Of a stretch of DNA of 64,000 nt, positions 1-9,050 are shown piece by piece. The notes beneath the pieces were generated by a model. That model ran no database searches. It was not told where the DNA came from and worked only from the letters and a program-made list of their open reading frames with translations. The position numbers and the translations under genes are program-made. Origin of the DNA: Methanothrix sp. (GTDB lineage: Archaea > Halobacteriota > Methanosarcinia > Methanotrichales > Methanotrichaceae); contig OY821645.1 of the NCBI GenBank assembly GCA_963682135.1, positions 2,304,001 to 2,368,000 of the forward strand. Reading direction: 5' to 3'. How positions within the stretch are numbered: the first letter of the stretch is position 1; every line of letters starts with the position of its first letter.

Positions 1-691
1 TCACGCTCCTGCTCTCCAGCCGCATCAATTCATCCGACTGTGCAAGGACCGCCGCCACTTCACAGCCGTAGGTCTTCTCCGCTTCTCCGGCAATTCTCTT
101 TGCATCATAGCCTGCCAGCAGCTTATTTATGACCAGCAATGGTCTCGGCACCTCCAGCCGCCTGCAGACCTCAAGGGTGACAGAAGTTCCCTGATAATCC
201 TGATAATCAGGCCGCATGATGATCAGCAGGACATCGGAGATGGCGAGCGATAGCAGGCTCTCCTCTCCAATTCCCGGATGGGTATCAATCAGCAGATAAT
301 CGAGATTAAGCGAGCGCATGATCCGGGAAAAGCCCTCGCTCAATGACGATACCTCGTACCCTTCCTTGAGAATCCTGGTGATGTCATTAACGCCGATGCT
401 GGACGGGACCAGGTAGACCTTCCCCCCGGCTTCTCTAATGCCCGAAAGCCTCTCCGAGACATCCCTTGCCGCCTCCTCAATGGTGCATCTGCCCCAAAGG
501 TAATCATTTAAAGATGGAGTCGTATCCTCTGCCTTCAGACCGAAGAATACATGCACTCCTGGAGACTGAACATCGGTATCTACGATGCATACCCGATGGC
601 CTCTACATGCAAGGCAGGCAGCCAGGTTGGCGATTATACTGGATTTTCCTGTTCCCCCCCGAAAGGAGTGAGCAACGATGATCTTACCCAT
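1..691 (-). CDS. MinD/ParA-family ATPase (3' end runs off the window)
   Basis: Not in ORF track. Manual translation from ATG at 691: MGKIIVAHSFRGGTGKSSIIANLAACLACRGHRVCIVDTDVQSPG..., with deviant Walker A, DxD and LIDTHPG. GAGGTG RBS lies in the end of the upstream radical SAM gene. Confidence 0.85.
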   Translation of the reverse strand, partial: MGKIIVAHSFRGGTGKSSIIANLAACLACRGHRVCIVDTDVQSPGVHVFFGLKAEDTTPSLNDYLWGRCTIEEAARDVSERLSGIREAGGKVYLVPSSIGVNDITRILKEGYEVSSLSEGFSRIMRSLNLDYLLIDTHPGIGEESLLSLAISDVLLIIMRPDYQDYQGTSVTLEVCRRLEVPRPLLVINKLLAGYDAKRIAGEAEKTYGCEVAAVLAQSDELMRLESRSV

Positions 692-695
692 GGGA

Positions 696-2231
696 TCACA
701 CCTCTATTTCAATTCGACCTAAATACCTCAGATATGCCTCATCATCTGCATAATTCATGAACATGATTCGCCCGAGGGGCGCGTTTCTGGGACTGGCAGA
801 ATTCCGAATAGGAGCTTTGCCTCCACCTGGCTTCCCACTGCCGCTCAATAGAACATGCATCATATTGCATTTATTTAGCTCGAATACAATGTCCTTGAAA
901 TCCTTTTCCTTCAAATGGGGTGACATCTTGAGGCGGTAATCACTGTGGAACATGCGCATGATATCAAATATCTCCAGACCGTCTTCAATCCCGAATGCTT
1001 TCCGCTCATCCCAGAGACGGGAGCCGGGAAACTGCTGAAACCAGTTCATAATTGCCCATCCATCGTACTCTGAGACCAGCTTATCGGCAAACGCCACCGT
1101 CTGGAAGCATTCATTCCGGCTCTCCCAGGGAAATCCCAGGATAAAGCTGTAGTAGACGGGAATATTCCTTTCCCGAGCCTTGCCGGCGCACTTTTCCACC
1201 ATCTCCAGATCAATTCCCTTCCGAATCCTTCGCAGGCCGGACGGGTAGCCGCACTCAATTCCGGCGAGAATAAAATCCAGCGGGAGACCTGTACACAGGT
1301 CCAGAATCTTAGATCTGACCAGATCGTCGACTCTCGCCTCAAAGTCAATGCAGAAATCACCCAGATCCATAGCCTTGAGTGCTTGCAGGATCTCCTCACA
1401 CCTTTTTCGATTGCCGGCAAAATTGCCGTCAACAATGGAGAGATTCTTTCTCCCCCGACGCAACTTTCCCTCATGCTCAATTGCATGCTCAATTCGCTGA
1501 AGTGAGGCCCGGGGACGGCAGCTTCTCCACCCACCCCTCGACGCCAGTGTGCAAAAGGTGCAATTGAAACGGCAGCCGCGTGAGGTCTCAACACAGATCT
1601 TGCTGTAAATGCCCGATGGCAGAAGGTCCAGAGCGGGAAGCGGATTGTCATCCAGCTCTTCCAAAGAGAGCTGCTTACGATCTCGATTTACAGCAATCTC
1701 CCCATTCTTCCGATAGGATATTCCATCCACGCTATCAAGCGCTCTTCCGTTCTCAAGAGAATTAAGAAGCTCCGGGAAGGTCCTCTCTCCCTCGCCTCGC
1801 ACAATGTAGTCTACATCAGTTGCCTCTAAGATGTGACGGTCGGCCAGAGTGGGATGAATTCCTCCCGCAATTATGGGAAGGTCTGGATCCAATTCTTTGA
1901 CCCTTTTTGCCATTAGCCTGGCCAGGAACCAGTTGAAGCTGGTGGCTGAAATGCAGACAGCATCCTTATTCTTGAGGCTTCTCTCCAGCGCTGGAAATTG
2001 CAGGCTCGCCTGATTGTCAATGAGAGTGATTTTAATCGTTCTCATTCCATTGATTTCAAAATAATTGTCCGCCGGATCCAGCAGACAGACCTGATGGTCA
2101 GAGCGAGCTATTGATGCCAGCAAATAGATGGAATTGCACGGTGCCAACCCCGGCTGGAAAGAGTCGATTTCACGCTCGAAATTGGCTGAGCCGACATCAA
2201 ACATTGGGGCTGATGTGAGCAGAAGATTCAT
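696..2231 (-). CDS. Cobalamin-dependent (class B) radical SAM enzyme, paralog 1
   Basis: N-terminal B12-binding Rossmann domain (GGIHPT, VRGEGE); ETSRGCRFNCTFC CX3CX2C motif; GIECG, FILGFPWE. Confidence 0.9.
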   Translation of the reverse strand: MNLLLTSAPMFDVGSANFEREIDSFQPGLAPCNSIYLLASIARSDHQVCLLDPADNYFEINGMRTIKITLIDNQASLQFPALERSLKNKDAVCISATSFNWFLARLMAKRVKELDPDLPIIAGGIHPTLADRHILEATDVDYIVRGEGERTFPELLNSLENGRALDSVDGISYRKNGEIAVNRDRKQLSLEELDDNPLPALDLLPSGIYSKICVETSRGCRFNCTFCTLASRGGWRSCRPRASLQRIEHAIEHEGKLRRGRKNLSIVDGNFAGNRKRCEEILQALKAMDLGDFCIDFEARVDDLVRSKILDLCTGLPLDFILAGIECGYPSGLRRIRKGIDLEMVEKCAGKARERNIPVYYSFILGFPWESRNECFQTVAFADKLVSEYDGWAIMNWFQQFPGSRLWDERKAFGIEDGLEIFDIMRMFHSDYRLKMSPHLKEKDFKDIVFELNKCNMMHVLLSGSGKPGGGKAPIRNSASPRNAPLGRIMFMNYADDEAYLRYLGRIEIEV

Positions 2232-2430
2232 CTCTGGCCTCCGTGTTTTTTTTGCCTATCTATTAGAAATATTATTCTCAGATATTCCCATTTGTCTTAA
2301 TATGCTCCAAGTATTTAATTATTGCTGAAATTGATTTTTTATTGTATGTTAGATTAAACCGTATAATCAAGTTTGAAAAGCGAAATAAATAAATAGCTGA
2401 ATTGCCTACAGGAAACAAGGAGGTTTTTTC
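2232..2430. promoter_or_regulatory. AT-rich divergent promoter region between radical SAM 1 and the precursor peptide
   Basis: Very AT-rich spacer between divergent genes; strong SD AAGGAGGT shortly before TTG at 2431. Confidence 0.5.
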
Positions 2431-2652
2431 TTGGCATCTAAGGAAGAAATGGAGCGATTGGTTGGAAAGGTTATATCAGACGGATCATTCAGACAGAGCT
2501 TTTTAAAAGAGCCAAAGGCGAGCGCCTCAAAGGTCGGCATAGTTCTTACGCCAGAACAGGAAGCATCCTTTAAAAAGGCTGATTTCGCCAAGATGGTTGG
2601 CGAATTAGAGAAAGTGGCCTCAAAGAGCGGCTGCATCTCTCCATGTATGTAG
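2431..2652 (+). CDS. Putative RiPP precursor, NHLP-clan leader (Franean1_4349/Os1348-like) with short Cys-containing core
   Basis: Leader pattern ERLVGKVISDGSFRQSFLKEP...GIVLTPEQ matches the nitrile-hydratase-like leader motif; ends ELEKVASKSGCISPCM; perfect SD; flanked by five radical SAM genes. Confidence 0.8.
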   Translation: MASKEEMERLVGKVISDGSFRQSFLKEPKASASKVGIVLTPEQEASFKKADFAKMVGELEKVASKSGCISPCM

Positions 2653-2694
2653 CTGTGCATAGAGACAACTAATCTTTTTTGGAAAATACCGACG

Positions 2695-4236
2695 ATGAAA
2701 GTCCTCTTGACCGCAACGCCCAGATTTGACTTTCAGATGGATTCATATAAAAATGATGTAGATTTTTATAAAAGAAACCTGCGCCCCTCTCTAGCACTAT
2801 ACCAGCTTGCTTCCCTCTTGCAGCCCAATCACCAGGTTGAGATTCTCGATCCCGCATGCAGCGACTTCTCGCTGCCGGGTGGCGGCCATGTGCACATGCT
2901 GGAGAGAGAGAGACTGAAAGCCCTGCATTTTCCGAGTCTGGAAAGAAAAATCTGCGGCATGAATGCTATCTGCATCTCTTCGACCAGCTTTGACTGGTTC
3001 CTGGCAAAATCCATGATAAGTCGCATAAAGGAATATGATAATGACTTGCCGGTAATTGTTGGCGGAATTCATTCCACAATTGCAGACCGCTACATCCTTG
3101 AGTCGTCCAATGTTGATTTTGCGGCAAGAGGAGAAGGGGAAAAGACCCTTCCAGAGCTTCTCACTGCTATGGAAGAAGGCGGCGATCTCCGGAAAATTGA
3201 GGGACTGTCGCTTAGAAGCGGCGGCGCTGTAAGGAGAAACAGGGATCGTCCACTGCTCTCCGCAAAGGAGCTGGAGGAGATGCCCCTTCCGGCAATGGAG
3301 CTCATGCCGTCTGGCATTTACGGAAAGCTCACTGCCGAGACATCCAGGGGCTGCCACTACAAGTGCGCCTTTTGTAGCATCTCATTTAGCAGAACCTGGA
3401 GAGGAATCAGCCCAGAAGCGGCGATAAAGAGAATTGAGCATGCGGCCTCATTTTCCGGAAAGCTCTACGGTCGGGAAAGATCGATCACATTGGTGGATGA
3501 CAACTTCACCGCAGATAGGAAGAGAGCTGAGAAGATCCTGGAAAGCCTTAAGGATGCAGATCTTGGAGAGATGAGCCTGGCCTTCGAAGGACGGGCAAAT
3601 GAGATATTGGATTCAAATATACTGCCCCTGTGCAGAGATCTTCCCCTGGATTATCTCTTCTTTGGGGTAGAATGCGGATACGAACGCGGCTTGAGGATGA
3701 TTCAAAAAGGAATTCATACCGATACCGTGATCAAATGCGCTGAGCAGGCAAAGAGATGCGGCATATTGCTGCACTACGGATTTATCGCCGGGCTGCCCTG
3801 GGAGACAAAAGAGGATTGCCTGAGCACCGTAGCCTTCGCCAATCGGCTGGTGTCTGAATTTGACGGTTTTGCATTCATCAGCTGGTTTCATATCTTTCCC
3901 GGCTCCAGGCTCTGGGATGAAAGAAAGAGGTACGGAATCGATGACGGTCTCGAGCTTTATGACGACATCTATCATCGAACCAAAGAATACCGTCCCAGAA
4001 TGTCTCCTAACCTCTCCATGGATGATCTCCTGGTGATTGAGCATGAGATCGATAAATGCAATCTGATGCGGGTTTTAAGCCATAATGATAAGGACAGCTC
4101 TGCAGACGAAATCGCCCATTCGGCATATTCGAAGGAGGGTGGCTACTCTCTGTCCAGGACCAAAGGATATCTTCAAAGATTTGAGCTGCCGGATAAGGAG
4201 ACATCGTTGATATACATCGATCCGATCGGATCTTGA
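2695..4236 (+). CDS. Cobalamin-dependent radical SAM enzyme, paralog 2
   Basis: GGIHST, RGEGE, ETSRGCHYKCAFC, GFIAGLPWET. Confidence 0.9.
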   Translation: MKVLLTATPRFDFQMDSYKNDVDFYKRNLRPSLALYQLASLLQPNHQVEILDPACSDFSLPGGGHVHMLERERLKALHFPSLERKICGMNAICISSTSFDWFLAKSMISRIKEYDNDLPVIVGGIHSTIADRYILESSNVDFAARGEGEKTLPELLTAMEEGGDLRKIEGLSLRSGGAVRRNRDRPLLSAKELEEMPLPAMELMPSGIYGKLTAETSRGCHYKCAFCSISFSRTWRGISPEAAIKRIEHAASFSGKLYGRERSITLVDDNFTADRKRAEKILESLKDADLGEMSLAFEGRANEILDSNILPLCRDLPLDYLFFGVECGYERGLRMIQKGIHTDTVIKCAEQAKRCGILLHYGFIAGLPWETKEDCLSTVAFANRLVSEFDGFAFISWFHIFPGSRLWDERKRYGIDDGLELYDDIYHRTKEYRPRMSPNLSMDDLLVIEHEIDKCNLMRVLSHNDKDSSADEIAHSAYSKEGGYSLSRTKGYLQRFELPDKETSLIYIDPIGS

Positions 4237-4281
4237 GAATCGCCTTAAAGGACGAATATCACAAAGGGATCACGCCGAAAT

Positions 4282-5826
4282 ATGAAAATATTGCTTACTG
4301 TCTCGCCCCGTTTTGAGCTGCACGATGATATTAAGTATATCGATATAAAGTCGTGCAAGAGAGGCTCCCGTCCATCTCTTGCTCTTTATCAGCTGGCATC
4401 AACTATTCGGGAGGAGCATGATGTTCAGGTGCTCGATCCGGCAATCAGCGACTTTCAGCCCAGGCAGCTGGAGCTGCATGGCCGGGGTGATGTTGATCTC
4501 CTGGATGCTCTGCACTTTCCTGCACTGGAGAAGAGCATCAATGGCGTCGATGTAATCGGCATCTCTGCCACGAGCTTTGAATGGTTCCTGGCAAAAATCA
4601 TGATTGAACGGATCAAGGAGAAGGATCCTAACCTGCCTGTCATCGCCGGTGGCATCCATCCCTCAATTGCCGACCGATACATCCTGCAGTCATCGAAAGC
4701 AGATTACGTTGTGCGAGGCGAGGGGGAAAAGGCCCTTCCCGAACTCTTGGCCGCCCTTCAAGATGGCTCAGATCTGGCTGGCATCGATGGCCTCTCCTAC
4801 CGCCAGGGCGAAGCTGTGCTGAGAAATAAAGATCGCAGGCCAATGACTGCTCAAGAGATGGAGGAGCTTGCACTTCCTGCCTTTGACCTCATGCCGTCCG
4901 GTCTTTATGGCAAACTGACACTGGAAACGTCAAGAGGCTGCCTCTTTGACTGCAGCTTCTGCAGCCTTCCTTTTCGCAGATCGTGGCGGGCTTTAAGCCC
5001 GGAATCGGTCCTGAAGAGGGTCGAGCATGCGGCGAACTTCACGAGCAAGCTTTACGGCGAATGCAAGGCGATCCACTTTGTTGATGCTACCTTCGTTGCC
5101 GATTCGAAAAGGGCTCTGGCAATCTTTGCCGGACTTCAGGAGATGGACCTGGAGGATACGAAAATCGCCTTTGAAGGGCGCATCAATGAGATGGCAAATC
5201 CGGAGATACTGAAACACTGCAGGAAGATTGCCATTGATTTCATAGTAATCGGCATTGAGAGCGGCTACAATGATGGATTGCGCAGAATTGGAAAAGGGAT
5301 CACCACCAGATCGGCAGAAAGATTTGGCTCAATGTCAAGGGACCTCAGCTCATACTTCCGCTATGGTTTCATCGTTGGCTTTCCCTGGGAGACAAAAGAG
5401 GACTGCCGGAAGACCATAGCCTTTGCCAATCGCATGGTTTCCGAATACGGCGGCCTTGCAGTAGTCGGCTGGTACCAGCTTTACCCCGGATCAAGTATCT
5501 GGAACGATCGAATGCAGTTCGGGATCCATGAAGGATGGGAGCTTTTCGACAGCCTGCAACTGCGGTCTCAGGCCTTCCGCTCCAGGCTAACCCCCAGGCT
5601 CTCTGAAGAAGATATCTGGGAGATTGACCATCAGATTGATACGCATAACATAATGAGAGTGCTGGATAGCGATGATAGCAGCAAAGACCGCGACGTGGAC
5701 GATCTCACCTCAGCTATTTACACTCCTACGGACGGCTATTTCCTCACGAAGACCGGCGGGTTCATAGACAAAACCCCACCCTATTTTGACCTCCGGGCAA
5801 AGCTCTTTAGCCTCGACTGGACATAG
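4282..5826 (+). CDS. Cobalamin-dependent radical SAM enzyme, paralog 3
   Basis: GGIHPS, VRGEGE, ETSRGCLFDCSFC, GIESG, GFIVGFPWET. Confidence 0.9.
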   Translation: MKILLTVSPRFELHDDIKYIDIKSCKRGSRPSLALYQLASTIREEHDVQVLDPAISDFQPRQLELHGRGDVDLLDALHFPALEKSINGVDVIGISATSFEWFLAKIMIERIKEKDPNLPVIAGGIHPSIADRYILQSSKADYVVRGEGEKALPELLAALQDGSDLAGIDGLSYRQGEAVLRNKDRRPMTAQEMEELALPAFDLMPSGLYGKLTLETSRGCLFDCSFCSLPFRRSWRALSPESVLKRVEHAANFTSKLYGECKAIHFVDATFVADSKRALAIFAGLQEMDLEDTKIAFEGRINEMANPEILKHCRKIAIDFIVIGIESGYNDGLRRIGKGITTRSAERFGSMSRDLSSYFRYGFIVGFPWETKEDCRKTIAFANRMVSEYGGLAVVGWYQLYPGSSIWNDRMQFGIHEGWELFDSLQLRSQAFRSRLTPRLSEEDIWEIDHQIDTHNIMRVLDSDDSSKDRDVDDLTSAIYTPTDGYFLTKTGGFIDKTPPYFDLRAKLFSLDWT

Positions 5827-5840
5827 ACCTCCAGCAGCCG

Positions 5841-7283
5841 TCAGGCGGCCATCAGTCTCTCCATGTCCTCTGAAATCGGCAGCAAACTGAGGAAGAAGTC
5901 CGGTCTTTGGCGCGATAGTTCCGCATAGATCCATATGGATAGCTCTGCAATATGCCTGTTGAGATCGCAGCTATGACTATCAGGCTCCCATACACTGCCA
6001 TTGATGGCTGCTGACTCGGCAATGCATCCGCCTGCGCATAGGTATCGAGCCCAGCAGGACCGGCAGGCACGAATATTATCGACATCGACGAGTCTCTCCT
6101 GCAAACGAGCCATTCTATCAGGATCAATTCCCTGCCGGATATCGCCCAGGGCATAATCCTCCTGCCCCACAAAACCGGGACAGGGATAGACTTTTCCTTC
6201 TTTGGAGACGCTCAAAAGGCTTGTTCCGGCTGCGCAATATCTCCTAGCTCGATTGCCGGATGCAATTGTGGAGATGAAACGCGAAAAAGCCGAATTGATA
6301 GTCGCTCCATTTATTACTGCATCCTCCAAAATGTAGCAAGCAAACTGCGAGTATGCGCTCTTCATGAGGCTCAGAGAGGCATCGTCAAGACGAAATTCCT
6401 CAACAAAACCCCGGGCATGATGAATATAGATGTGATCTGCCCCGAACTCTTGCAGGAACCTGGCAGTCTCAGCAAAATCGCTTGTCCTGCTATCCAGAGT
6501 GCTCTCAAACTGGACATTTTCATTGTATCCATCCAGAAGCTGAGGCAGCCAGCGGCAGATGCGATCAAAAGAGCCTCTTCCATCAGGAAATACCCTCATC
6601 CTATCGTGATTCTCTCGGCGGCCATCCAGACTTACGGTTACTTTGCATCTATTCTCCTTCAAAAATGATATTATATCTTCATCAAATAGAGTGCCGTTTG
6701 TGGTCAAATGATGAATGATTTTCTTTCCGGAGATTTCTTCCTTTTCCCGGGAGCATTCGATGATCGCTTTGATGACACCGAAATTTAGCAGCGGCTCGCC
6801 GCCAAAAAAGGAGATGGTGAGATTTCTGTCCGTTGATTCTCGAATCAAAAAGTCAATGCTGTCACGAGCTACCTTATCAGACATCCTGCCGCCATCTCTT
6901 CCGTATGAGCCGTGCGAAGCCAGGCAATATCTGCAGGAGAGGTTGCACTCCTCAGAAAGGTTCATCATCAGATTGCTCAAAGCCGGATCGGCTCTCTCAA
7001 ACCTAGGAATGGCCTTCTCTCTTCCTGATTTGAGCAAGCCTTTTTCTTGCAGATCGCCTATGGCTTTTGCTGTTTGCGGATCATCTTCGGAACGGGAGTT
7101 AATGGACGGGATGGCATCATCAGCCATTGACAGGATTTGAGATTCACGCGCCGATAGATCATGAACTCTCATCCCTGCCACATCAAGAGCGTAGACGCGA
7201 CCGTCCCGGCTGAAGAGATGTGCCTCAACTCTACTAAGCTGCAAGTTGCCATCCAATTTTCCACCCCAAAGACACGCAGACAC
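5841..7283 (-). CDS. Radical SAM/SPASM peptide maturase with N-terminal RRE/PqqD-like domain (TTG at 7256 is an alternative start)
   Basis: CNLSCRYC, FFGGEPLL, TTNGTL, SLDG; full SPASM C...GKVYPC...CRSCWARYLCAGGC...C; N-terminal beta-strands plus helices ending DLQEKGLL. Confidence 0.9.
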   Translation of the reverse strand: MSACLWGGKLDGNLQLSRVEAHLFSRDGRVYALDVAGMRVHDLSARESQILSMADDAIPSINSRSEDDPQTAKAIGDLQEKGLLKSGREKAIPRFERADPALSNLMMNLSEECNLSCRYCLASHGSYGRDGGRMSDKVARDSIDFLIRESTDRNLTISFFGGEPLLNFGVIKAIIECSREKEEISGKKIIHHLTTNGTLFDEDIISFLKENRCKVTVSLDGRRENHDRMRVFPDGRGSFDRICRWLPQLLDGYNENVQFESTLDSRTSDFAETARFLQEFGADHIYIHHARGFVEEFRLDDASLSLMKSAYSQFACYILEDAVINGATINSAFSRFISTIASGNRARRYCAAGTSLLSVSKEGKVYPCPGFVGQEDYALGDIRQGIDPDRMARLQERLVDVDNIRACRSCWARYLCAGGCIAESAAINGSVWEPDSHSCDLNRHIAELSIWIYAELSRQRPDFFLSLLPISEDMERLMAA

Positions 7284-7416
7284 TCGCTGACTGAATTCTC
7301 ACCATTTATTTAATTTCGCTAAAGTCTATTTATAAATGTCGGAAGCGATCATGAGCTCTGCGGCTCTCTTTTGTTCCCAATTCATATCATAGATCTGAGC
7401 CTGTCTGGATTCAATA

Positions 7417-7424
7417 TTTATATC
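7417..7424 (+). promoter_or_regulatory. Archaeal TATA box for radical SAM 4 (probably leaderless mRNA)
   Basis: TTTATATC starts 29 nt upstream of ATG 7446, with no SD; a second box TTTATAAA at 7329-7336 could serve the divergent SPASM gene. Confidence 0.5.
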
Positions 7425-7445
7425 TCGGATATGTACTGATAGATC

Positions 7446-9050
7446 ATGAGGGTCCTGTTAACTGCTGCACCAAGATTTGAGCTGCAAAAAGGTGCCCAAG
7501 ATATTGATATCCGGGCCGAGCTGACGAGCAGGCATCCTTCTCTGGCGATCTATCAACTGGCATCAATTCTGAGAGAGGGCCATCAATTGCACCTGCTTGA
7601 CCCATCGTTGAGCGATTTCAGATCGAAGGGAGGCGAGCAGATAACCGTCAAGGACCAGAGGAGCCTGGCGGGCTTGATATTTCCTGCCCTGGAAAGAGGT
7701 CTGTCAGGCATAGATATGGTTGCTATCTCGGGCACAAGCTTTGACTGGTTCCTGGTCAGGCTCATGGCCGGTAGGATCAAGGAAAAGGACCCGGAAATGC
7801 CCATCCTTGCCGGCGGAGTTCATCCAACTCATGCCGACAGGCATATCTTGAAGACGACTGCAATCGACTTCATAATCAGAGGTGATGGTGAAGAGAGCTT
7901 TCCCAGGCTTCTTCACGCTCTGGAAATTGACGGCGATCTTGAGAGCATTGACGGTCTGTCCTATCGCAAGAGCCTCAGATCGGCCAAGAAGGATGAGATC
8001 AGAATAAATAAAGACGCAACGCCTCTCTCCGCGGAAGAGATCGAGAAGATGCCCCTTCCTGCCTTCGATCTCATGCCCTCCAATATTTATGGCAAGATAG
8101 GCGTGGAATCATCCCGAGGCTGCAGGTTCGATTGCAGCTTTTGCAGCCTTCTCTACCGGAGACTCTGGAGAGGGCTCGCCCCTGAGGCGGTCTTGAAGAG
8201 AGTCGAGCATGCCGCAAGCTTCGCCGACAAGCTTTATGGAGAAGAGAAAGCGGTACAGTTCATCGACGGCACTTTTACTGCCCATGCCAGGAGATCTGAG
8301 AAGATTCTGGAGGGGCTGAAAGATATTGATCTTGGAGGTCTCAGCATTGCCTTTGAGGGTCGGGTCAATGAGATATCAGGACCGAACTCGAACATTCTCA
8401 AGATCTGCAAGAGATTTCCCATTGACTACATCTTTCTTGGAGTTGAGAGCGGATACGACAGCGGCTTGGCTAGGATCAGCAAGGGTTTCAACACAAGGGC
8501 CGTGGAAAGATGCGCATCTTTATCTAAAGAGCAGGGTGTTCCTCTGCGCTACGGCTTTATCGCCGGTTTTCCCTGGGAGGGCAGGGATGAGTGTTTGAAG
8601 ACCCTCTCTTTTGCCGACCACATTGTCTCTGATTATGGGGGACTGGCATTTATCAACTGGTTTTATCTTCTGCCGGGGTCGCGCATTTGGGACGAGAGAC
8701 AATCATATGATATCTCATGCGGAATGGAATGCTTTGACGACCTCACGATAAGAACTAGAGATTATCGCAGAGAGATCTCAGGAAAGCTGGATGACAAAGA
8801 CATCTCCGAGATTGATATGGCTATCAACAGATGCAATCTGATGCGAATGCTGAACGAAAGAGACGGATCGTCCCGCGAGAGCGTCTCATGCTCAGGCGTC
8901 TCAAGAGCCGGGCGTCTTGTGTTTAACAAGACCGGAGGATTCATCGATAGGACTCTTCCTTATTGCGAAGGTGAAACTGCTTTGCTGCGCATTGATTGTG
9001 GATACGAATATAAAGACAAACCAACAAGGAGAATAGCACAGGTTTCATGA
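7446..9050 (+). CDS. Cobalamin-dependent radical SAM enzyme, paralog 4
   Basis: GGVHPT, RGDGE, ESSRGCRFDCSFC, GVESG, GFIAGFPWE. Confidence 0.9.
   Translation: MRVLLTAAPRFELQKGAQDIDIRAELTSRHPSLAIYQLASILREGHQLHLLDPSLSDFRSKGGEQITVKDQRSLAGLIFPALERGLSGIDMVAISGTSFDWFLVRLMAGRIKEKDPEMPILAGGVHPTHADRHILKTTAIDFIIRGDGEESFPRLLHALEIDGDLESIDGLSYRKSLRSAKKDEIRINKDATPLSAEEIEKMPLPAFDLMPSNIYGKIGVESSRGCRFDCSFCSLLYRRLWRGLAPEAVLKRVEHAASFADKLYGEEKAVQFIDGTFTAHARRSEKILEGLKDIDLGGLSIAFEGRVNEISGPNSNILKICKRFPIDYIFLGVESGYDSGLARISKGFNTRAVERCASLSKEQGVPLRYGFIAGFPWEGRDECLKTLSFADHIVSDYGGLAFINWFYLLPGSRIWDERQSYDISCGMECFDDLTIRTRDYRREISGKLDDKDISEIDMAINRCNLMRMLNERDGSSRESVSCSGVSRAGRLVFNKTGGFIDRTLPYCEGETALLRIDCGYEYKDKPTRRIAQVS

Noticed and set aside
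2406-2660. 84-aa minus-strand ORF over the precursor
   Set aside because: Antisense shadow; the plus-strand ORF has the SD and the leader motif
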